A stretch of 64,000 nucleotides of DNA from the human T2T-CHM13v2.0 reference genome, Homo sapiens (GCF_009914755.1 NC_060927.1), one strand, 5' to 3'; numbered from the stretch's first letter, positions 1-18,250 are shown. Notes: generated by a model not told the origin, from the letters alone. Numbers and translations: made by a program.

Positions 1-231
1 ACTTTAAAATCATTTTATCTATTCCTTTTATGAACTCTGCCAGATAGCTTTTATTAACTCATTTTTATAGATATGCAAAATGGAGGTACAGAAAGGTCAA
101 ATAACTACCAAAGCCCCATATCTAGTCTTTGCACAACAGGTCATTTTTGACTTCAAAACTCATGTTTTGAATCACTGTGATATTATATTTTATATTTTCC
201 AATGCTCAGTGTAATTTTTCTGTCATTTTAG

Positions 232-347
232 AGCCTGACTAGACAGGAATTCTGGCAACTGCTCCAGCAGAACTATGGCACTGAGCTAGGTTTAAATGCT
301 GAGGAGATGGAAAACTTGTCACTGTCGATTGAGGATGTGCAGCCAAG
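232..347 (+). CDS. GRAMD1C: GRAMD1C coding exon (first in window; gene starts upstream)
   Basis: ttttag|AGC...CCAAG|gtacag; reads SLTRQEFWQLLQQNYGTELGLNAEEMENLSLSIEDVQP(R); 116 nt, phase 0 to 2. Confidence 0.93.
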
Positions 348-1033
348 GTACAGCAAAATGTTTTGAAATGTCAAAATTTATCAATTATTAATCAAAGCAG
401 AATTATTTTACATTCGACTAATTCTGAATTTCTAGTAATTTATCTTTGGCTGCCATTTGCCCCTTTGTTCTTTGTGGTGGAATGGGGTGAAAGGTGGGGA
501 CAGAGAATAGTTTGCTAAATAGGTAAGCACATATGAGATATATAAGGAAATGTTGGCTATGTCACTTAGGGTAGACTTAAAGTCTGGTTTTAGTAAGCCT
601 GTTTATTAAGGATCTGGAGAAGTACCTAGTGAAATCTCTGAGTTTATAGATGACAGTAAAGTAAATTATATGGTAGGTGTTTTGAAGGATACAATAATAT
701 GATTTTTCCTCAGGAATTCCCTAACATAGTGCTTAGCATGTGGTTGGCACTCCATAAATATTGAATACATTAATGGAAGGAGCATATAGCCTACCGTGGA
801 ATGCAAATAATTGTAATACAAGGTCGATAATGGTAAGAGTCATAACAGAGTAACAGATAATGTGATAAAGAAATTAAGAGTACAGAGAGACTATTTTTGA
901 CTGATGAGGATTCATTTAGAAGAGTGGACATTTTTATTAACCTCTACAAGTAAAAGTGCATTATGTCCAGTGGAAATTGAGGCTGTTAGCAATAAAAACA
1001 ATTAAGGAGAATACATTAAAATTCTATAGCAAA

Positions 1034-1340
1034 CATTATGCTGAGTGAAAAAAGCCAGTCACAAAAGGCCATATATTGTATGATTCCATGTATGTGAAAT
1101 GGAGTCTAGAACTGGTAAGTTTATAGAGACAGAAAGTAAATGGTAGTTGCCAGGAGCTGATAGGAAGGGAGAATGGGGAGTGACTGCAAGTGGGGACAGC
1201 ATTTCTTTGTTGAGGTGATGACAATGTTCTACAATTAGTTAGTGGTGATGGTTGCCCAACTCTGTAACCCACTAAATTGTACACTTTACATGAAGTGAAT
1301 TTTGTGGTGTGTGGATTATATCTTAAAAGCTGTTATTTAG
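1034..1340 (+). mobile_element. Ancient L1M (L1MB/ME-like) 3' end
   Basis: gctgagtgaaaaaagccagtcacaaaagg...tgtatgattcca motif; flanked by a 15-bp direct repeat. Confidence 0.8.
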
Positions 1341-1609
1341 AAATTCTATAGCAAATCTTAAAATGGAAATATTTTGAAAGTCTCAAAGTATGTGCAGAAA
1401 TTTTACTCATCTAGGTAATCTACTTATGCTGATCCAATTTATATCTTTTCAGCTTAGCATCAGTATTTTATAGGCTTTTTTACATGGTTGCACATGTATA
1501 TTTTATTAGCTTTCTGTAAAGTTAAAAATTTCCATTGTATTGTTCTCCTTGAGAAGTTTAGTAGCCTCTTGCCGGCTCTGGATTTGGATAGAAAAGCAGT
1601 TACTCTAAT

Positions 1610-1780
1610 GCAAAGAGCCTTGGATTATGGTAAACAGGATCTGGATCTTAGTTAGGGTCACCAAACAGCCGAGCAACCTCAGGCAAATCTTTTCATTTTT
1701 TTGATTCTCAGTTTTCTCGTCTATGAAATGAGGCAGCTGAACTAGATTATCTTTAAGGTCCTTGCCAACTTGAAAAGTTT
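1610..1780 (+). mobile_element. MIR
   Basis: ctcagttttctcgtctatgaaatgagg core. Confidence 0.6.
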
Positions 1781-1812
1781 CTAGTCTTTGAGGAAAGAAA
1801 GAATATTTTTGA

Positions 1813-2476
<664 letters not shown>

Positions 2477-3341
2477 TGAATGCTTTCTAAGAAAGTGTGT
2501 GGCAGGATCCTCATTCTCTCTTCTACTTCTTTTCCTGTTCTTCAGTCTCTGAAAGAAGCATATCTGTTTCAAACCTTTATTTCCTCGGTTCTTCCATCTT
2601 CTTCCTCTTTATTTGCAATCTCTCCTTCCTTCTTCCTCCTCCTTTCCTCTCTGTTTTTCCACATCTCACCTCCATCCTGTTGAGCATTGGAAATTAGATC
2701 AGTTGTGCTCCCATTGTATTTAATAGGTTTTCCTTTCTTTTTGCTCCTTGAGAAAGGGAAAGCAGATCCCAGGACATTTATTATAGTCTTGGCCATATGA
2801 TCATTTGACAGCTGTTTCTTAAACCTTGTTCTTAGGGCTGGGAAGAGTGAGGAGGCAGGAGTGGCCAATGGGCTTAGGCTCAGACATCTTGAGCGTCCAC
2901 TTCTGGGAGGGCTTCGCCATTTCAGCTGAGACTGAGTCAGAAGGAAGGAGATATAAAACTGCCTTCTTGTGCGATCTAGTATCTAACTCAAACATCTACT
3001 CTGTACCTGTCCAAGCTTTGTGGTTGTACACAAATGAAATTTAAAGGAGCAATTTTCATTTGATTAGTTACTGTTACGGCCATTTGTACTTTGTTAATTT
3101 TTTAATGTTTTTGAGATTTATAGAATCCCATGTGAGTGTATATCTTGTTTTCAGAAATGATATCAACTTGCATGTAATTTAAGAAGATAGCCTTGTTATA
3201 AGTAAACATTTATTTGCTATATTACAGTAGTCCATTTATTATCAAACTGTTTTATCATAGGAAATGACCTCAGTGAGGAGACCAAATCATTTATTTGTGT
3301 GGAGGTGACCTTATATTTCTATAATGATGTGTTTCTTACAG

Positions 3342-3474
3342 AAGTCCAGGAAGAAGCAGCTTGGATGACTCTGGGGAGAGAGATGAAAAATTATCCAAGT
3401 CAATCAGTTTTACCAGTGAATCAATTAGTCGGGTTTCAGAAACAGAGTCATTCGATGGAAATTCATCAAAAGGA
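3342..3474 (+). CDS. GRAMD1C: GRAMD1C coding exon (Ser-rich linker)
   Basis: ttacag|A...GGA|gttagt; SPGRSSLDDSGERDEKLSKSISFTSES...NSSKG; phase fits both neighbours. Confidence 0.92.
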
Positions 3475-4024
3475 GTTAGTATATGATATCCCTTTTAAAA
3501 TATATCTGGTACTGTCATGTCCTAATCAGAATACAAGATAAATAAGGATACAGTATACAAAATGTTAAAAATAAGATATCAGACTCCTACCTTATTTTAG
3601 GAAAAAAGTTTAAAGTCTGTTAGTAGCAGAGATTATGTGGGAAAATATGTGGTTTTGTTCAGAGCTATATAAAAAGCAGAGCTACCGAGCAGTTTTACCT
3701 GGGCATCAGTCTGTAGGGGGATAAATATCATTAAAAGAATAATAAGATGGAGAAATTTGTAAGTAGCAGAATTTTCCCCAGGGTAAGTACTGTGTGTGCT
3801 GGAAAGAATCTGTTTTTTTTTTTCTTTCTTTCTTTCACAGAAGGGAACAGCATGGAGAAAGAATCTGTTTTGAAGGGAGAGATGAGCCCCTGAGCAGCAT
3901 GCTTGAGTAACAATAGCTGCTTTTTAAGCTTTTTAAGCAGGCAGGTCCAGTTAACTACTAGGCATTATACTCAATTACTTAGTTTCTTCCTTTATTTTCT
4001 CAAGTATCATTGTAAGCACATCAG

Positions 4025-4333
<309 letters not shown>

Positions 4334-4829
4334 AACACTTCAGTTTTTTATTCCAGTGTGCTTCAATCACTTGCAGTCATTATTTGATTCTCAGTTTGCT
4401 CCCTCTGCCAATGGGAGCCCCTTCAAGTTGGTTCCTTTGGCCTTTTGAAATGACCAGTATCTTTAATGATGTCTTTTCTTTCTGGCACAACAATATCTTC
4501 TAAGCACATTTTGTATGTTTTCTGCTCCAGACCGTTTTCTTAATGAACCATAGATTTTCTTAGTGAAGAATGGTATTTAGAGACCATATTCTGAGTACTA
4601 GGAGTGCTCCTACTGCAGAGCCTTTGTTCTGCTGATTGGGATGCAAGTTTGGGGGCAGAGCTGAATTCCTTTATTTAGAGCAGGGCTTTGGCTTCAAATC
4701 TTACATCTGCCACTTGCTAACTGTATAAGTTAATTACTTAACCTTTTCTTTTCTTTTCTCAACTGTAAAGTGAGGATTATACTTTATAAGGTCTTTTTTA
4801 ATAAGAGTTAAATGAATTAGTATATATGA

Positions 4830-6312
<1,483 letters not shown>

Positions 6313-8157
6313 TACTTAGAATAGTTCCTAGCACACATTAAATATCCAATAACCATAAGCTGTTATAATTGAAGGTGAATCTGCCTGTGATCAGTAATGA
6401 TCCTTTTCCACCCTCCCCCAAGAACTTCCAGTATCTCCTCTGAGTAAATGTTGGGAAAACATTGAATGAAAATATATTTATGTGGAAGGCCAGCATGTTA
6501 TCAACTTGTTTTTACCAGTCATGCATCTACCTTAGCCTGGTTTTGTGTTTTGTGTTTCTTGCAAAACTTATTCATCTAGAGACCCTTAGTGACTTACTAC
6601 TGGTGCAAGGGAAGTGAATAACTTAATGCTTTAAGATCGATCATACATTCATTGGTGTTCAGTATAGATGTTTTCAGGTTATAGAATACAAGCAGTATAG
6701 AAGTTTAGCCCTTTTTTTTTCTGTTTGCATTCAAGAGCCATATGATGAGATTCTCAGATATCTACAAGCATCGTATGTCACTTGCTTTGCCTCATTTTCA
6801 CTTCTAACAAAGTTGGAAATAACAAAAAGTCAAAAATAACTTTTTTCCAAGAAAATATGTTTTTTAAGCTATAGAATTAATACTCTTTGTAAAACTTCAT
6901 GAAATACAGTAGAGTATACAAAGAAATAAAAGCCATCCAGATACCAACCACTGAAAGATAGTGACTCTTACTTTTCCTATAAATATCTATCTGTATTGTT
7001 TATAGTAGGAAATAGAACTTAATTTGCAACAAGAGGAGACGTGTAAGTGTGGAGCTGTAGAGAAATGTACTCTACTTAGCATCTGTTAAGGGGCCCCTGG
7101 TTTAGCTAAATAGGCACATTGCTTTATAGTGTGGAACTCCCAAATAAATCAAGTTTTGATTTTAGCAATAATCTCTGCATGAAGAATCAATCTTCTGACC
7201 AGGGCAATATAATCCTTTAATAAATTGTGTCCTCGGTCCCAGTTGTTATTCTGCTATCTGGGTGGCCAGTGGAAACCTGTATCCTCCCTGGAGCTGATTC
7301 TGCTACTTAGTGCTTCTCAAGGATCTCATGGGACAGGAAGTAAAGTGCTCTCTTCCATCTGTGTACATACAGAAAATGCAAGAAAATATTCTGCTGTATA
7401 GTTTATATAGACTTTTTGTACTATTCCACTAAGTCTGATTATAATACAGTACTATTTTACTTGAATACTAACATAGCAATAGCATCATACTTTAATGCCT
7501 AACATTAAATTTATTATAGAGATGACATCATCTTTATTAAACCATCTCAGAAAGTATAGATAGCATCATATATTAAATACATTTTAATGCCTAATCTCTT
7601 AGTCCCTTTGCAGCAAAGCCAATTGTGTTTTTATGAGTTTGCTATGAAGTTAATTTGTTTTAATCTTCTCTCTCCCACTATACTCATATGTGACTTTTAT
7701 CTCTCCATTTTCTTTCCATTTCCCTGTTAGGTCTTGAGAGATGGGTGAGTTTTCTTCCTTGAGATGATGGGGCAGGCACTGGCTGGGGAAGCTAACTGGG
7801 TTTGGTTCTTCTCCCTTGTCTACCCCAAAGAATGGATTGTTCTATTATTTTTGTCCTTTGTCCCCTTTCCCTTCTCCATAAGTGATTTACATGATCTGTG
7901 AAGCTCTTTTATATGGTGTTTTTCATAAACTTGTTTATTATTGTGTAGGATGACTTTAGAATGGTATATATTATTTATTCATATTTTACGGACCGACATT
8001 TAATAGCATGGGAAATGTGATGCAAGTATAACAAACAAAATGCTGTAAATATTCTTCAAAGCTCAATATTTCAAAGTATCTTTAATATTAAAGTTCTCAC
8101 TGCAAAATCTAAGCTAAACCTGTGTTTTATTTTGAAACTGGATTGTTTACCTTTTAG

Positions 8158-8320
8158 GGATTAGGCAAAGAGGAGTCCCAAAATGAGAAACAGACCAAAA
8201 AGAGTCTCTTACCAACTTTGGAAAAGAAGTTAACTAGAGTGCCATCAAAGTCACTGGACTTGAATAAAAATGAATATCTTTCTCTGGACAAAAGCAGCAC
8301 TTCAGATTCTGTTGATGAAG
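8158..8320 (+). CDS. GRAMD1C: GRAMD1C coding exon
   Basis: ttttag|GGA...GAAG|gtaaat; GLGKEESQNEKQTKKSLLPTLEKK...SSTSDSVDE. Confidence 0.92.
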
Positions 8321-9300
8321 GTAAATAATTTCTTATAAATTTTATTAAATTTCAGTTATGTCTTTTTATGTTTATCTTTGTAATAGGGGTGTGCAGATTG
8401 AGAATTTAGTTTTATTAGACACAGTCTCACCCTATAAAGAAACAAAAAAAGAATGGGAGCTTATAGAAAATAGGAGAAAGAGGCTGTTAAATCTAACGTA
8501 TCCCACTGTCTTCAGAAGCCTGGAATCTGAAAAGCTTCTTTGCATTTAGCTTCTAAATGTGGTGTTAATAAAAACATATATGCCCATTCTATATACCAGG
8601 CAGTGTGATATGCTCACACGTCATAGGTAGAGTGACATATTATTTCATTTAGGCTATCCCTCATTTTCCTGGTAGGGAAAATAAGACCTACAGGAGCTAA
8701 ATCTAAAGTCACACAGCTAGTTAACTATGCAGAACTTGAGTTAATGACCAGGTGTCTCTGTCCAGTTTTCTTTTTACTTTACTTCAATACTGCCCAAGTT
8801 ATTTTCTCTTTTCCTCCTTTTAAAAAAAGACAGCTTAGCAAGGTTTTTCTAAACTTGTTTTGTATATAATTATGAAAGCAAGTAGTTATGGCAGGGATGC
8901 ATTCTCACATGAATATTAATTTAAATTATTGGGTAGCCTCCAAAAGGAAATAAAGAAGATTCTCAAAAATTCTGGAAAGGAAATCTTTCTCTCTGTAAAT
9001 GATTTTTTAAAAAGTGTACTCATCAATGTTACTCAGAACAATACTCAAATTTCTTTGTGTGAAGATGCAAGCTTTTGACTGTGGTTATATTTTAGCATAA
9101 TGGGATGAGTTTTTGAAAGCAAGAGCATGGAAAGTTCATCATAATTGCTCCTGACTTTGATTTGTTTTTACTGTAGTCAATTTCCATTTAATTTTAAAAA
9201 TTTCCATTTAATTCACTTTCAGAGGAACATTCTATATTTGAAATTTATTACAAAGATAAATGATAATAATATTCCATATGGCATTAAAAAAAACTTATTT

Positions 9301-9605
<305 letters not shown>

Positions 9606-10362
9606 TTACTTGGTTTTAGAGGGCCAGCAGAGATTAAGCTTAATCCTAATATGATGATAAAGAGAATCATGACCCAAAGGCCTTCTGAATTTCAAGAGTA
9701 TTATATTCTAGATGTTTTTCACATTTTGTATTGTAATCCATTTTGTTTTGTATTGTAATCCATGTGTACATGAGGTCTAGAGTGGGCTCAACAAATAGCA
9801 GTCCTTCTTGACCACCCTGGTGGTAACAAAATTGGGAAAGAAAATGAAGAGCAAGTCAGATAGAGGCCAAAATATCACCTTTTATACTAATAGTAACAAA
9901 GTCAACGGATGTGGGTATGTGTGAAAGATAAGTGGGCTGCTGATGGAGCTGAAGAATGAGGTGGACTTACCTATCAATCACAGGCAATGTTCAATCTCCT
10001 CCCCAACTGGAGGGACGATCCCCCCTGGAGGAGAACCAGCTTCTGTGGGCACCTAGATCCAGAGAGAAGGACAGAGGTGTGCCAAGCCTACCCAACATAC
10101 TCCTTCCACATTTACTAACTGTATTAGTAGCTCAGGCTGCCATAACAAAATACTACAGATTGGGTAGCTTAAGCAACAGAAATTTATTTCATATAATTCT
10201 GGAGGATAGAAACCCCAGATCAAGGTTTGGCAGAGTTGGTTTCTGGTGAGGGCTCTCTTCCTGGCTTGCCACTTTCTCACTGTGTCTGCTCATAGCCTTT
10301 CCTTAGCACATGCTCATGGATAGAGGAGCAAAGTGTGAGGGAGGAGCAGAGCAGGGAACAAC

Positions 10363-10371
10363 AGAGAGAGA

Positions 10372-10411
<40 letters not shown>

Positions 10412-10424
10412 AGAGAGAGAGAGA
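10363..10424. repeat. (GA)n(CA)n(GA)n microsatellite
   Basis: Seen directly. Confidence 0.95.
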
Positions 10425-10794
10425 GCATACATGAGCAAACTCTCTGGTATTTTTTTTTTTTTCTTTTTGAGACAGAGTCTGGCTCTGTCGCCCAGGATGG
10501 AGTGCAGTGGTGTGATCTTGGCTCACTGCAATCTCTGCCTCCCGAGTTCAAGCGATTCTTGTGCCTCACCCTCTGGAACACCTGGAGTAGCTGGGATTAC
10601 AAACATGCACCACCACGCCCAGCTAATTTTTTGTAATTTTAGTAAACAAGGGGTTTCCTCATGTTGGCCAGGGTGGTCTTGAACTCCTGGCTTCAACTGA
10701 TCCTTTAGCCTCGGCCTTCCAGAGTGTCTGGTGTCTATTCTTATAAGGACACTAATTCTACCAGATCTGGGACCCACCTTATTTAACTTAATTA

Positions 10795-11005
10795 TTTCTT
10801 TCCTTCCTTCCTTCCTTCTCCCTCCCTCCTTCCCTTCCCTTCTTCCTTTCTTTCCTTCTTTCTTTTTCTTTCTTTCTTTTCCTTTCTCTCTCTCTTTCTC
10901 TCTCTGTTTCTTTCCTTCCTTCCTTCCTTCTTTCTCTTCCTTCCTTCCTTCCTTCCTTCCTTCCTTCCTTCCTTCCTTCCTTCCTTTCTTTTCTTTCTTT
11001 CTTTC
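10795..11005. repeat. (TTCC)n/(TTTC)n polypyrimidine tract expanded from an Alu tail
   Basis: About 210 nt almost purely pyrimidine. Confidence 0.95.
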
Positions 11006-11009
11006 CTGA

Positions 11010-11192
<183 letters not shown>

Positions 11193-11720
11193 TAGCCAGG
11201 ATGGTCTTGATCTCCTGACCTCGTGATCAGCCCGCCTCGGCCTCCCAAAATGCTGGGACTACAGGCATGAGCCACCGCACCTGGCCAATTAACTTAATTA
11301 CTTTCTTTAGAGGCCCCATCTCCAAGTACAGCCACACCAGGAGTTAGGGCTTTAACAGAATAATTTGCGGCTACACAAACATTCAGTCCATACCAATAAT
11401 CTACTTCCTATGGTTAGAGTGAGTTAAAGGGGTAGAGAGAGGCTGGGAATTACCCTAATTGGGCACCTTTAACTCGGAAGGGTTGAAGAAGAGACATCTC
11501 CACTGCATTATATATAATACCCAGCACACAATAATATTGTGTTAGTCAATGTAAGCCCATTTCCCAACCATTTTATGTAGATGTAAGTTTACTATGTTAA
11601 TGTGTTTTCCTTAATATAAAATTTAATTTTTTAAAACATATTTTAAAAACTTCCAAAATATAGATTGTGTGTGTTATACTGCTTTTAGGTTTGAGAAAGA
11701 TAAAAGATTTTGGTTTTTCT

Positions 11721-12010
11721 TGGTTGAGCACGGTGGCTCATGCCCGTAATCCCAGTACTTGGAGAGGCCAAGGTGGGAGGATTGCTTGGGCCAGGAGTTT
11801 GAGACCAGTCTGGGCAAGACTTGTCTCTACAAAAAATAGAAAATTAGCTGGACATGGTGGTGCATGCCTATAGTCCTAGCTACGCAGGAGGCTGAAGCAG
11901 GAGCATCACTTGAGCCCCAGGAGATCAAGGCTGCAGTGAGCTATGATCACACCATTGCACTCTAGCCTGGGCGACAAAAGAGCCAGATCCAGTCTCTTCA
12001 AAAAAAAAAA
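11721..12010 (+). mobile_element. AluJ-like
   Basis: gaggattgcttgggccaggagtttgag diagnostic; A tail. Confidence 0.9.
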
Positions 12011-12502
12011 AGATTTAATACTTTTTATGTTTCAGTTTTGAGGATAGATGTTATAGACACTATGATTGTGTTACTTTCTTGTAACCACCAATAGGAGAGA
12101 GAAAGGGAAAGAGAAAGAGAAAGCAAAAAATATAATAAAAGTAGTTGTTTAAAGGAAAATTTAGTACAAATTACTTGAGGCTTGTTGTACTTATTAAGTA
12201 GGCATTTTAAGGACTCTTTTTCTTAAAATTGTAAGATCCTTGCCATTGAAGTCAATGTAGTGGGAGACATTTGGAAAAATGAAGGGTAACATAGAGACTG
12301 CTTTATTAGTGTCCTTACCATTCTTGCTTTAGTATGCAGCTGGGCATGGATTAGTCATACGCTGTTTACCTGAATTTAGGACTTTAGGAAGATCTACTCT
12401 GGCCCCCAGTGGCCAAATAGGTAAGTAGCACCAAAACCAGGATTTTTGTTTTCTCTTTCTCACCTGCTTCTTTTATAAGAATGGTCCTTCCAAAGTAGTT
12501 TC

Positions 12503-12712
12503 AGCTGGATGTGGTGGCGCGCGCTTGTAATCCCAGCACTTTGGAAGGCTGAGCCAGGTGGGTCAACTGAGGTCAGGAGTTCGAGACCAGTCTGGCCAAT
12601 GTGAGGAAAGCCCATCTCTACTAAAAATACAAAAATTAGCTGGGTGTGGTGGCACACGCTTTTAATCTCAAGAGTGAGACTCTGTCTCCAAAAAAAAAAA
12701 AAAAAAAAAAAA
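12503..12712 (+). mobile_element. AluS with most of the right arm deleted
   Basis: taatctc joins directly to aagagtgagactctgtctc plus long A tail. Confidence 0.9.
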
Positions 12713-14019
12713 GAATCCTATAAAAGAAACATTATAAGTTGCATAAAGGATAACAATAAAACTGATAAAAATTGTACATATCTAGAAATAAAGAATAATA
12801 GTGTATAGATTCATTATTGCACAGGAGCTCTGATCACACTTTGCTCCTTGCAAAGGCTGTTTGGCTTTATAGCAGTAAGAAGGTATATGTAACATTCAGA
12901 CCTCTGTTTGGGGAGTTTTATTTAAAGTGTATGGCGATTTTTTTCTTATTAGATTATCATTAGATAGCAAATCAAGCGCTCCTACTGGTTTCCCTAAGCA
13001 CGTTCCAAAATCTTGGACTTGTCATATGTATTAAATGGGTAAAATAATGAATCTGTTTTTTTACTTTTTTAAAGTTGTGAAGTTATGAAGACGGTTGAAG
13101 TCAATGAACTGAAGTGACATTTGAAAAGGTCACAAAAAGTAAACCATCCCAGGAGACTGGGGATGTGTGTGTGGGTTTAGAGGGAGTGAGGGAGATTGCA
13201 GATCACTTTAAACCAAACATCATTTTATTTAGTGATAGTATATTGATCTACTATAGTAAGCAGGAGAAAGATAACAAGTCAATAAATCAATAAAAATATA
13301 ACTACAAGTCAGGATAGGTTCTGTGAAGGAAATGAACAAGATCAACAGAATCACCTTTAGTTGTTTTCTTCCTTTGTGAATATTTGAATTATTTTTACAG
13401 TGAACATATAATACTTCTGTGTCAGAAAAAGCTGTTTCCCAGGCCTAATTGGAAAGTTACCTCACAAAGCTTAGCAAAATTGCCTAGTTTTGTGATTCAT
13501 TTCTACGCTGAAGGAGCCATTATTTGAAACTGCAGTAAAGAGTTTTTGCCTACGTAGAGTATTGTTGAAGGGAGAAGCAAATCAATATCTATCTGATATC
13601 CATAAGTCCTTTATGCCTCTAGCAAAATAGGGAGACACAAATCATCCAATGAGGGATAAACAGCAGTAGTTGGGGATGAAGCCAGAGCTAGCAGAGTTTT
13701 TCTGATCCATAGACTATTGCCCTTTGATTTAACCTGACTAATATTGACAGATGCTTTACCCAGATCATTCTTAGAGCTTGATTTCTGAAACATGGGGAGC
13801 TTTTGCAGCAATTTTTATTCTGTATCGATGGGGCATCATCCTTGAGATAATAGTAAGTAATCTTGGTCCTGAAATCATTACAATTTCATATTGAATTGCT
13901 TTATGTTACTTCCTCTATTATGCCAGGCTTCTGTTCCTTGGTTTTTTTTTTTTCTTTTCTGTTTGGTTCTTCTAAGTTAAATTCCTTCTGGCGGTATAAA
14001 ATAGATGTTAAGTTTATGT

Positions 14020-14235
14020 GCTCTGGAGCTGGAGTGGGTTCAAATTCCAGGTCAGTCACTCACTAGCCATGGAGCCTCGGCAATTATTTCTGTGATTCTG
14101 TTTCCCCATCTGGAAATAATGATGATAATACCACTTATCTCATAGCATTGCAGTGAGAATAAGATGAGTCAATACTTGTAAGGTATGTAGCACAATGTCT
14201 AACATATAGTAAGCACTATGTAAGTATGGGCTATT
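14020..14235 (+). mobile_element. MIR
   Basis: gggttcaaattccagg...ctgtttccccatctggaaa. Confidence 0.7.
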
Positions 14236-14909
14236 TTATATAATATTTCCAGGGCATATGAGAATAGGTGAGCAAGATATTGCTTCTTCATTTGTCACTA
14301 GTAGTTTTCAACATCACTATGATTATCAAATTCCCAGAAAAAATGTAATAATTCATTGGGCATTTGTTAGCTTTGATGAATACTTTTCAGAAGGATTTCT
14401 TAGTTCTTTTAATGTGTGATGTTGAAAATAGGTTGTGATTACAGTCATTCTTGTCTTTGGGTAGTGAACATTAAGTCAAGTTGAAACATTATTCAGGCTG
14501 ATAAGCTAAGTGCAGCAGATATTATAGCCATTGATAAATTAATATTTACTGAGTGAGCATTCAGAGGTAGAAGTTGCTAATTTCTATGTTAGATACTATC
14601 TTATGTGTCTATATTGTCCTTGTCCCTTTTGAAATATTCTTTTGAGTGACATATTATGGCCATTTGATACCATTCAAGTGAAATATTTCTGTATCTTTTG
14701 GGTTTTGACAGTTGAAATATTGATTATATGTAGTTTAGTTAACTATATATTGTTATGCATAGTTATAGGTCATACATATGTATATATTTAATTCCTATTT
14801 GGAGTTTTAATAGTGTCCTAGAATGTTCTCCTCATTGTAATCATATTTAAAAACCATTTTATGCCCAAAATAAAAAAAGAAAACCCCACGAAACCCCCTA
14901 AAGCCTTAA

Positions 14910-15101
<192 letters not shown>

Positions 15102-15414
15102 TAGTCCTTGTGTTCTTACCTAATGATAAATTTGGGAGAATGCTATTATTCTTAGAATATTGAGCATATATAAACTGATTTATGTTGTGAGGAGGAAGAA
15201 TTAGACATGCTTTGCTTTTATGTTGACAGTATATAAACTGGTATTCAAATGTTTGGTTAAATTCACATGTGAACAGTATAATTATTTAATTAGGCACATG
15301 CTTCCAACAATTAAGTTCAGACTTTTGAAAACTAAAAGTATATTTATTCATTAAGGTACCAATTCAATTAGGTTGAACTCAATTCAAAATGGTTTCATGT
15401 GAAACAACTGAATT

Positions 15415-16010
15415 TTGGTGGAGTGTAAATTGGAACAACCACTTTGCCAAAAGGCTTGGCAGTAACTACTAAAGGTATGAATTCTCTGTGACTCAGCAGT
15501 TCCACTCCTAGGTATACATTCATCAGAAATGGGTACATTTGTACTCTGAATGACGTACTACAGTGTTCATAGCAACATTATTTATGATGGTCCCAAACTC
15601 AAAACAGTTCAAGTGTCCATCAGTAATAGAATGGGTGAATAGATTGTGTATATTCCCACAAAAGAATCCTATATAACAATGAAAAAAATACAAAGTACTG
15701 ATACTTGTAACAATATGAGTAGAACTCACAGATACAATGTTGAGCAAAAGAATCCAGATACAAAAGAGTACATGCTATATAATTTCTTTATATAAAGATA
15801 AAAACCAGGCCAAACAAATTTATGGACATAAAGTCAGCATAGCGGTTACTGTTGTGGAGAGTCAGGTAGGTGAAGACTGGGAGGGAGCTTTTGGGATGCT
15901 GGTTTAAGTTCTATATCCTGATCAGAGTGGTGGTACATGTATGTATTCCCTTTGTGAAAATCATGGAGCTGTACACTTGAGATTGCAGTATCTATGGACT
16001 ACTTCAAAGA
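15415..16010 (+). mobile_element. Ancient L1ME-like 3' fragment
   Basis: gactcagcagttccactcctaggtatac; atagcaacattattt. Confidence 0.7.
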
Positions 16011-16126
16011 AAATATATTTTTAAAAGTTCCATTTAAGAAATTGGTTAAATTTCTTAATTGGAAATTAATGGTTAAATCCTCATAAGAAGAATTTCATTG
16101 ATTATGTGTTAAAAAGTTTTATTTTG

Positions 16127-18250
<2,124 letters not shown>

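Noticed and set aside
3783-3840. Apparent 58-nt GT-AG mini-intron
   Set aside because: Below the usual human minimum intron size and has no exon context; the sites are noted separately
9724-9762. Short direct repeat ttttgtattgtaatcca (similar ones near 23022, 40141, 42543)
   Set aside because: Ordinary slippage duplications in AT-rich intron
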